From assembly GCA_965240325.2 (NCBI GenBank), contig OZ251228.1, positions 3,013,874 through 3,077,873 of the forward strand: a DNA stretch of 64,000 nucleotides, read 5' to 3'. The notes beneath the pieces are model-generated. The model saw only the letters and a list, made by a program, of their open reading frames with translations, had not been told where the DNA came from and ran no database searches. This DNA comes from Rebecca billardiae RCC1528. Taxonomy: Eukaryota > Protista > Haptophyta. Both the position numbers and the translations under genes were made by a program. Below, one piece after another: positions 11,701 to 19,170 of this stretch (position 1 is the first letter of the stretch; each line of letters begins with the position of its first letter).

Positions 11701-13500
11701 CGGCAGGCCGCGGTACACCTCCTTAATGTCGTCAGCCGTGATGATGAACTCGGCGGCGTCGTCGAGGGCGTCGTCGTCGAGGACGCCGTCGAGCGAGTAC
11801 GTGCGCTGCGGGTGCTTCGCGCGCATCTGCGCCTGTACGGCCTGGTCCTGCATGCTAGCCAGGCCGTGGCTCTCGAGCAGCCGCGCCGCCGCCGAGACCT
11901 CGCCCTTCGCCAGCAGCTCGGTGGCGCGCTTGACCTCGCGCTGCGCGTCTCCCAGCCCCTCGCCGCCCCCCGCGGCGGCCTGGTCAGCGGAGCGGCGGCA
12001 CTCCTGCGCCCACTCGTCGACGAGCGTGTCGAGCTCCCCGCGGTCCCACAAGCCGAAGCGGCGCTCGATGGTCCGCGTCGCGCGGCCGCGGCCCCCGCGC
12101 AGAGGCTGCCACAGCAGGAGCCCCGGCAGGAGCGTCAGCACCTTGAGCGCGCGCGTCTGCTCGAGGCTGTCCGGCTCGGCCTCGGTCACCGCCGACATGG
12201 TGTCCGCGGTGATGCGTGCCCAGCGCTCGCGCAGCATGAAGGGCACAGACTTGATCGTCTTGACTGTCGATCCCTGCTCGAGCCCGGCCGCCTGCCAGGT
12301 CGAGAGGTGGTCGACCGCCGCGAACTTGGAGACGGTGGGCTGGCCAGCCGCGCGCGGCAGCGGCGGCGGCATGGTCGGCTCCTCCGATGTCTCCGTGCGG
12401 CGTCGCTTCCGGTGGCCGTGCGCGTCGGTGCCGTCCTCCGGTGGTGGGCGCTCGTGCGGTGCAGCGCCTCCGCGTGCGCCGCCGCGCCCGCCGCTGCCGC
12501 GCGCAGCGCCGCGGCCGCCGTCTCGCGCCGCACCGCGGCCGCCGCGGCCGCGCGCGCCGCCGCGACCGCCGCGACCGCCGTCGCGCGCGCCGCCGCGACC
12601 GCCACCGTGACCGCCGCCCCGGCCGGCGTCACCCGCACCGGCACCACCGTTGAACGGAGGTGTCGTGCCGGGGGCACCGGCCAGGTCGTAGTCACCGAGC
12701 CGCTGCGCCTCGAAGGGGCGATGTGCGCGCTCGGCGCCTGGGAGGTCCCGAGCGGCCCCCTCCCAGAGCGAGTGCCAGCGGCGCTGGTAGGACGTACCAG
12801 CCGCGGGCGACTGCGAGCGCTGCGCGGCGGCGCGCAGCACGTGCAGCTCGAAGAGGGACGGCCCGCCATCGGGGCCCGCTGACCGAGTGTAGCGCTGTTG
12901 TGGGAACGGAGGGGGAAAGGGCGTGTTGTTGTGATGCCCGTCCCTGAGGGTTCCCTTGGCGCACTCGGCCAGCTGGCGTACGACGTCGAGCATGTACTCG
13001 TGCTCGATGCCGAGGTATGGGGGCTGGACGCCCCCAGTCGTAGTACTTGTCAGGCTGTAGAACTTGTCAGGGTGTAGGCCGTGCACGTTTGATGTGCGGT
13101 AGCGCCGGAGAGCGTCGCGCACGCGTGCATCATCGTCATCAGGGTCTTCAGTGGTTGGAGATGGCGTCGAGCCAGGTAAGTGCTCCATCACAAAGAGCGA
13201 CGCCTCTTTGGACATGGAGTACTTGTTGGACCGCATCGTGTTGAAGTTGAACATGTCGAAGTACCGGAAGTAGTTGTCATACGAGACCTCGAGTTGTTTG
13301 CCAAACTGTTCGTCCTGAGCAGGAAGCGAGTCCTCGCCCTGGACGAAGGCGAGCAAGTTGGACTGGGACATGCCGGTCTCAGCGGTGAGGCCGAGAGCGG
13401 CCGTGGTCGAAGACAGCGCAAGGCTGATCAGGATGGGCTGCCACGAGGGGCGGGGGAACGCGGTGCGGGCGTGCGCCATCCTAGTCGGCCATTACGCATA
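8790..13500 (-). mobile_element. Non-LTR retrotransposon of the RLE type, CRE-clade-like, with a single intact ORF; ends approximate
   Basis: A 1518-aa intronless ORF with RT and a C-terminal restriction-like endonuclease. It is flanked on both sides by AT-rich (TA)n tracts and lies between two convergent gene 3' ends. Confidence 0.88.
8923..13479 (-). CDS. Retrotransposon polyprotein: unique N-terminus, RGG-rich linker, reverse transcriptase, restriction-like endonuclease
   Basis: RT motifs KAAGASAW, RLIPVRK..RPVGI, QLGVAVPSGG, DIRNAFN, GVQQGS, GHDD, GLELQVAKT, GVPVG and LRLPVRLGGL. RLE motifs RHDPV, VVDL, FEVKT and PIVVGAFGEW. Confidence 0.9.
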   Translation of the reverse strand: MAHARTAFPRPSWQPILISLALSSTTAALGLTAETGMSQSNLLAFVQGEDSLPAQDEQFGKQLEVSYDNYFRYFDMFNFNTMRSNKYSMSKEASLFVMEHLPGSTPSPTTEDPDDDDARVRDALRRYRTSNVHGLHPDKFYSLTSTTTGGVQPPYLGIEHEYMLDVVRQLAECAKGTLRDGHHNNTPFPPPFPQQRYTRSAGPDGGPSLFELHVLRAAAQRSQSPAAGTSYQRRWHSLWEGAARDLPGAERAHRPFEAQRLGDYDLAGAPGTTPPFNGGAGAGDAGRGGGHGGGRGGARDGGRGGRGGARGRGGRGAARDGGRGAARGSGGRGGARGGAAPHERPPPEDGTDAHGHRKRRRTETSEEPTMPPPLPRAAGQPTVSKFAAVDHLSTWQAAGLEQGSTVKTIKSVPFMLRERWARITADTMSAVTEAEPDSLEQTRALKVLTLLPGLLLWQPLRGGRGRATRTIERRFGLWDRGELDTLVDEWAQECRRSADQAAAGGGEGLGDAQREVKRATELLAKGEVSAAARLLESHGLASMQDQAVQAQMRAKHPQRTYSLDGVLDDDALDDAAEFIITADDIKEVYRGLPREKAAGASAWRFEYLTAVAPTVDFPDDKAASAPEAHAAFATLFLNNQLPGWFNLTFASVRLIPVRKRAASAAGAEDARPVGISCGLRRALTRCLLRRADVKEMLESYLAPLQLGVAVPSGGTKLVFAIRELLDAHPDWVLISCDIRNAFNATLRRSIIRAVSTAGELSSLTPLALAMLAPKARVFDGGGGTGQPIRQLDFLSEEGVQQGSVEAAAFFAIALQPHLRALDERLQPCGGAARAGHDDVSIIGPPSEAFRALHEFAAAVKDSLGLELQVAKTKCYINPEYDHLLDEHRGDVPRGTLTDADGVAHHGVTVYGVPVGTEGYVATHLSDKCAEIAGISNKLINRLGSAHKQGLWVLTHYSTSTKLDYFLRHIEPDATAEACERFDAIILRQAGVALGFPTDDQLDDIMLQRLRLPVRLGGLALRSAAQRAPAAFWAGAHAAVPAFLDRHAPMQGGVAVHGVLERDSIVARVGRDAFVDMRAAGWRQFLQSGSALGRTLATIWERLQLAEQEAPAVPNRQPYCVLHLPAGQVAPTARRAVDGTIYYSLAKDITEDVENTHGWLLRRQLSSLSRDDRRVHLIQNVDRASLAFVGALPIGSAAVHHQGEWLEIAARALGIPSPVCAPLAQAGAYVPTRSGPGIRVDAYGDALLSASGRNALPGDHVARYRHDPVIRVLAGFFRTYAGVYAVPEDTWIFGSVHAQSTAQAQAVLGTDRKRVPVVDLSAEVHGNCTLFEVKTISLSQSRYRVSDGRNGAVRHRAELVPRERRKQLQLLDREVYGTLEGQVGPYEARLDTFPAIVPIVVGAFGEWSAEVDLTLKKIAKMGRDTWRARLSAPSRPAAERALLGTMRRELGMRCLRGQAKMLIARARMAHVRPGARARGGAAYDDYFETTADDAWHRDHRGGACASTPDGASSFRSAME

Positions 13501-13716
13501 TATTATATATATAATTAAAAAGTCGAATATCTGTCTATATTTACTATAATATATATATAATGATGACCGCGGGGCGTGAGTCCGTGCCGGGAGCGTCAGC
13601 GGTGGGCCGGTGGCGGGCCGCCTGGGAATCGGCCCCGGGGCGCCGCGAAACAGGCCCGAGCTCGATGCTCCATCGGCCTCGCGACGCGCGCGGCGCGCGT
13701 GCGGCTGTGCGCCGCG

Positions 13717-15393
13717 CTAGCACAGCAGCGGGCTGCTGAGCACCGCAAAGCCGGCGGCGACGCCGCCCTCGTCCGTGCCGACGAGCTTGGTGCGCAGCAG
13801 GTGCCCCGCCGCGCTGTTCAGCAGCGGGGGCGCGCCGCCGCCGCCGAGGTACACGCCGAAGACGCCGAGCTCGCACGTGGCCTCGCCGTACGCCACCTGG
13901 TTGTCGCGGCAGAGCGCCGCGCGCCTGGGCGTGGGCTGGATGCGCTCCATCAGGATGAAGCCCTCGCGCTGCCCCGCGGGGAGCGCGCGCAGCGCGGGCA
14001 GCACCGCGCGGCCGTACGTGTTGTGCCCGCCGCCCTCGCGCTGCGGCTTGAGCACGTACCCCTCGGGCCGCTCCTCCAGCAGCCGCAGCGCGTGCGCGTA
14101 CTCGCCCTCCGTCTGCAGCGAGTAGAGCCCGGCAAACGTGCGGGCCATCGCCGCGCACGCCGCGGGCGGCAGGCCGAGCCGCTGCAGCGCGCCCGGCTGT
14201 GCGAGCAGCTGCTGCACCTTCTTGGTGCCCGCGAGCTGGTAGCCGAGGCACGGGCACTTGATCGCGGCGGAGCGCTCGAGCAGCAGCCGCGCGTCCCACG
14301 CGCTCTGCGCCGGGTAGTCCGCGGGGCCGTACCCCGCGCGGAAGTAGACGACGCCCACCTCGACGGCGCGGCCGCCCTCCTGCACAAGCAGCGCGCCAAC
14401 ACGGCACGCGCCGCCGGCACGCGCGAGCGCGGCGCCCTCGGCGAGCTCGGCGAGCGTGCGCCGGAGCACCGGCACGCCGTGCCGCTCCCACAGCGCGAGC
14501 TCGAGCAGCAGCTGGTCGCCCACGTTGCTCTCGCCCGGCTGCACCACGAAGAGCACCGCGGGGCCCGAGGGCGTCAGCGCGGGGCGCGAGGACGTCAGCG
14601 CGGGGCCCGAGGGCGTCAGCGCGGGGCCTGCGGGGCCCGAGGCGCGCACGGGCGACGCGCCGCCCTGTGCGCGCGCGGGCTGCTGCGCGCCGTACGCGGC
14701 CACGGCGGCGGCGAGCGCGTCGGGCAGCGCGCGCAGCGCCTCGTTCTCGGGCAGCGCGCCCTCGCGCGCGTACGCCCGCGCCGCCTCCGCCCCGAGCACC
14801 TCGGCGCACGCGCCGTGCTCGCGCGCGCGCAGGAAGGCGTGCAGCTCCGACAGCCGGCCGCTCAGGCAGCCAAACGAGGAGGCGATCGTGTTGAGCTCGA
14901 CCTGCAGCGGGCGCGCGCCGTCGGCGGCGGAGGATTCGTCCACCATGTAGTCGGAGCGGTGGATGCCCAGCCGCAGCGGCTGCCGCTCCTCCGCGCCGTC
15001 CGCCAGCGCCGCGCGCCACAGGGCCGCGAGCTGGCCGGTGAACTCGTCCGACGCGGACGTGGCGGCGAGCGCGGTGCCCAGCCACTCGTGGTCGCGCGAG
15101 ACGGCCTCGACGAGCTCGTTGAAGAGCGGCGCGAGCGCGCGCGCCGTCTCGAACGCCTCGCGGTCGAGCGGGAAGGGCACGAGCGCGAGCGGCGCGTGCA
15201 CGTACCGGCCGGGCTCGGGCGACATCTGCAGCCCGCGCGCGCTCGCCCAGCCGAGCGCGCGCGCCACGAGCGCGGGCGAGGCGGGCGCGCCGGTGGCGCG
15301 GGCGCACGGTGCGTGGCCCGCGAGGGCGAGCGCGAGCACCGCGCCCGCCGCCGCGCGCGCGCGCGCGCGGCGTCCGCTCGGCGTGCGCTGCAT
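13717..15393 (-). CDS. GSS: Glutathione synthetase (eukaryotic type); start uncertain (15393 or an upstream in-frame ATG); possible N-terminal targeting peptide
   Basis: LGIHRSDYM, QVELNTIASSF, VVYFRAGY, QLAGTKKVQQ, VLKPQREGGG, ELGVFG and GHLLRTK..DEGGVAAG motifs. Confidence 0.93.
   Translation of the reverse strand: MQRTPSGRRARARAAAGAVLALALAGHAPCARATGAPASPALVARALGWASARGLQMSPEPGRYVHAPLALVPFPLDREAFETARALAPLFNELVEAVSRDHEWLGTALAATSASDEFTGQLAALWRAALADGAEERQPLRLGIHRSDYMVDESSAADGARPLQVELNTIASSFGCLSGRLSELHAFLRAREHGACAEVLGAEAARAYAREGALPENEALRALPDALAAAVAAYGAQQPARAQGGASPVRASGPAGPALTPSGPALTSSRPALTPSGPAVLFVVQPGESNVGDQLLLELALWERHGVPVLRRTLAELAEGAALARAGGACRVGALLVQEGGRAVEVGVVYFRAGYGPADYPAQSAWDARLLLERSAAIKCPCLGYQLAGTKKVQQLLAQPGALQRLGLPPAACAAMARTFAGLYSLQTEGEYAHALRLLEERPEGYVLKPQREGGGHNTYGRAVLPALRALPAGQREGFILMERIQPTPRRAALCRDNQVAYGEATCELGVFGVYLGGGGAPPLLNSAAGHLLRTKLVGTDEGGVAAGFAVLSSPLLC
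14557..14628 (-). repeat. 21-bp in-frame tandem repeat x3.4 (LTPSGPA) inside GSS
   Basis: cgcggggcccgagggcgtcag repeated three times plus a partial copy. Confidence 0.85.
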
Positions 15394-15642
15394 GCGCTGA
15401 TTGCGTGCCGCCCTGCTGCTGCACTCGCAAGTCCGGTGCGCAGCGCCACGCGTGTGCGGTGCAAGTTTGGGCGGTGGAACTTCTCGACACGCGTCGAACG
15501 GCCCCGCCATCGTGATTCCGCTGCACAAGGCAGCTGCTCGCGCCGACGAGACCGGCTCAGAAGCGGCGGGAGCGCGACTCGCGCCAGCTCAGCGTCCTCC
15601 AGCCGCCGCTCCCGACGCGGCGAGCCGCGCACACCGGAAGCC

Positions 15643-16795
15643 ATGTTCATCGTCGACTGGTTCTGGGGCGTGCTCAACTTCCTGGGTGCGCACGCGCGCG
15701 GCGAGCTCGGCGTGTGGCTGGCACGCGGCGCGGCGCGCTGACCGCGCGCCTGCGGCGGCGGTTGGGTGCGCGCCCGGGCGGCGCGCGAGCAGGTCTGGCC
15801 CAGAAGAACGCAAAGATCCTGTTCCTCGGGTTGGACAATGCGGGCAAGACGACGCTCCTGCACGTGCTCAAAGACGAGCGCCTCTCGCAGCACCCGCCGA
15901 CGCAGCACCCGAGTGCGCGCGCTGGAGGCGCGCCCGCGCGCGGCGCACCGAGGGCGCGAGCGCGCCGTGCTCACGCGCTCGCCTGGCGTGCGCGTGCGCG
16001 CGCCGCGCGTACGCAGCGTCGGAGGAGCTGAGTATCGGCAAGATCAAGTTCCGCACCTTCGATCTGGGCGGTCACGAGATTGGTGCGCGCGCGCGCGCGC
16101 TCGCTAATTGGCGCGGCGGTGCGGGCGGCTCACGCGCACGCGCGCGCGCGCCGCGCCGCGCTGCGGCGCGCACAGCCCGGCGCGTGTGGAAGGACTACTT
16201 CCCGCAGGTGGACGCGATCGTCTTCCTCGTCGACGCGATCGATCGCGAGCGCTTCCCGGAGGCCAAGAAGGAGCTCGACGTGCGCGCGGCGCGCGCGCGC
16301 TCTCCCTCTCGCGAGCGCGCGCTCGGCGGCGCGGGCGCGCAGCGCGCGGCTCGCGCGCCGCACGGCACTGCGCTGGCGTGCGCCGCAGGCCGGCCGTGCG
16401 GGCGGCGGCTGACCACCCTCGCGCCCCGCGGCCGCCGCGCGCGCGCAGTCGCTCCTCTCGGCCGACGACCTCGCGACGGTGCCCTTCCTGATCCTGGGCA
16501 ACAAGATCGACATGGGGCGGGTGGCGTCTGAGGACGAGCTGCGCAGCGCGCTCGGGCTGCACCACCTCACGACCGGCAAGGGCAAGGTGGCGCTCAAGGA
16601 CATCAGGCCGATCGAGCTCTTCATGTGCAGCGTCGTCAAGCGCTCCGGCTACGGCGAGGGTGCGCGCGCCGCGCGCGCGCGAGGGTGCGCGAATCGCGCG
16701 CCGCGCGCGCCGCGGCGTGCTCACGCGCGCCGCGCCCCTCGGCCGGCTTGGCGCGCCGCGCAGGCTTCCGCTGGCTCAGCCAATACATCAACTGA
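15643..16795 (+). CDS. SAR1: Small GTPase SAR1 (COPII). Exons 15643-15685, 15793-15912, 16017-16082, 16176-16279, 16449-16659, 16764-16795
   Basis: [54 protein letters not shown] and [13 protein letters not shown] joined across five GT-AG introns. Confidence 0.97.
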
Positions 16796-17840
16796 GGGAG
16801 GCGGCGCACGCGAGCGCAGCGGGCGGGCGCGGCGGCGCGAGCGCGCGCTCGGCGGCGTGAGCGGCCGAGTACTCGCCTCGCACCTTGGCAGATGCCCGCC
16901 CGTCCGCCTCCGCGCGCACGGCCGCGAGCTGGCTCGAGATGGCCTGTCAGAGGGCCGGCGCGTGCGTGAGCGACGGACCGTGCGCGAGGCGTCGGGCTGG
17001 CGCGGCGACGGCATGGCACGGCCGATGAAGCGTGCTGACCCGGCGAACGCCTTCGCACGCTTCTCACGGCGGTGCTGCGCTGGTTGCCGCCTGCCCCGCT
17101 GCGTGTCGACGCTGCCGCTGCAGACGAGGCGGAGCGGCATCAGGTATTGCATGCCCTCAATTCGCGCGGCCGCGAGCGGCACGCCATCACGATTCGCAAC
17201 TCGTTGGTCGCCCGGCCGCCTTGCCGCTCGCGAGGCGCGCTCGCCGCTCGTATATCAGCTCGTCATGGCTGATGATGCGATCAGTCTGCGTCGTTATTAT
17301 AACAGTAGTCGTATACCGGTACGCCTCCCCGGACCGGGGTCCGGGCCGACTCCGCGAGTCCGCCCCGGAGGCGGAGCGAGTCACCGGCCTCATCACGGCT
17401 CGCGGACCGCAAGGCCAGCGGCGTCGGCACGGGGCCCCCGGTCCCGGCGCGCGGCGGCGCCGGGCCGCCGCCGCATCACGGGCCGGTCCGGCGCCCGGTC
17501 CGATCGCGAGCCTGCCGCCATGCCGGGCAGCCGGGGCCGGTCCCCGGGCCTGAGCGGCAGGCTCGGGCCGGCTGGCGCCGGGCGCCCGAGTCGGCCAGTC
17601 TGGGTATATAAGCTCAGACAGTCAGTCAGCAGAGTTATATTGATTATATATTAGCGCATCATCATCACGGAGCAGCAGTAGGGAGTAGGCGGCCGCGGGC
17701 GGCGCCGGTCCTATATTAATAAACTCGGCGCGGCGGCAGCGTCAGTGATCCGAGTCGTCGCGCGTCCGGTCGAGACGTCAGACGACTAGCAGTACTACTA
17801 CTCGGACTCGCTCCGCCTGGTCAGTTATAGTTCATCATCA

Positions 17841-17892
17841 ATATATATACATATATATATATGTGTGTGTGTGTATATATATACATATATAA
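17841..17892. repeat. (TA)n/(TG)n compound microsatellite in a convergent intergenic region
   Basis: Directly visible in the sequence. Confidence 0.9.
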
Positions 17893-18179
17893 TACGATCC
17901 CATCCGAGCATGGCGTGACCCGCCGACCCCGCCCGCATAGAGTACAGCAGGCAATCGCGGGCCAATCAAGGAGCTGTCACGTTAGGAAACTGGGGCGCTT
18001 GCTATCTGCGGATCTGGCCTAGAAACTGAGACTAGCGATTGGCTGGTTCGCTATACGCATCTTCACATACTGCTAAGTAACCGGGACTACGTCGTCGCGG
18101 CTGACGAGTGGTCCACCGAGGCGCAGTCGGCGCCCCGCGGTGCGTCAGGGACTCGCGGCGCGCGGCCCGACTACGAGTA

Positions 18180-18789
18180 TGGAGCGCTCGTTGGAACTTG
18201 AGCGGGGGTGGAACTTGACACCGCATTTCCCAGCGAAGTGCCCCATCTCGGCGGGGCTGGCACGGTCGGCACACGCTCCTGAGCGCTCGCTTCGCGGTGC
18301 GGCAGGCCTTGGGCAGCCCAGACAGACATGCCGCGACCGAATTACCGGGCCATGCGCGCACCACACCCGCGCTGCATGGCCTGCGCGCTGGACGACTGAG
18401 AGGCAACGCCGAACCACTGCATTCCACTGCCCCGCATGCACCCCGAGTCACCTTCAGAGGGCGTCGACGAGCGCAGAGCGGGTGCGTGGGAGTTCGACCA
18501 ACTCGTGTACCTTCTTGCAAGCACCAGCGGCGAGGTCGCAAGCCGAACCTTGACCAGCCGTGGAACTTGAGCTGGTCGGCAGCAGAACCACCGCGTTTAA
18601 CCCGGATCAAGTTAGCAGCGTGCGAGGAGGAGGCGCGGTGCGCGTCCGCGGCTGGCGAGAGGCGTCCGGACCGTGCTGCCGTTCTCGGCCGCGCCCGCGC
18701 GCTTCCCGCCGCCGCGGGCCCCGTGTACGCCCGTCGTCGCCCTCGCCGCGCGGGCGCCAAACCGGCGTCAAGTTCCAACGAGCGCTCCA
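18180..18789. mobile_element. Candidate MITE (non-autonomous DNA transposon), 610 bp, 22-bp perfect TIRs, TA flanks (Tc1/mariner-like)
   Basis: TGGAGCGCTCGTTGGAACTTGA (18180-18201) and its exact reverse complement (18768-18789). TA at 18178-18179 and 18790-18791. Internal copies of TGGAACTTGA near 18209 and 18561. No credible coding capacity. Confidence 0.7.
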
Positions 18790-19170
18790 TACAGGCCAAG
18801 TCCAGACTTCCCCTGATGACTGACTCCTGCCACTCCTGGCCAGTGCACCGCATGCAGCATCCATGCAACATCATGCTGCCAGCAGATTTGCTCCATAAAA
18901 TAATAATGGCCCAATAATATATTGTTTTCTTCGGCCTCGCCGGCCGGGCCCGTAAAGACTCAGCGGGGGGCTCAGCCCGCCCCCTGCGCCCCCGGCGCCT
19001 CGGCGCGGCGGGCGGACCTACTCAGCTAACATCATGCAGCCGAGCTCACGCTGGCCCGGATCGGCGCGGACAAACAAAAGGACAGCGCATCTGCCACGGG
19101 CACGACGGCACGAGGGCGAGGCCACGAGCAACCACGGAACCACCCGGCAGCGGCTGCGCCCGGGCGGCGC

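Noticed and set aside
8700-13545. tgtctat (about 8707 and 13532) as the retroelement TSD
   Set aside because: It is only 7 bp, is not clearly at the element boundaries, and is likely chance in AT-rich flanks.
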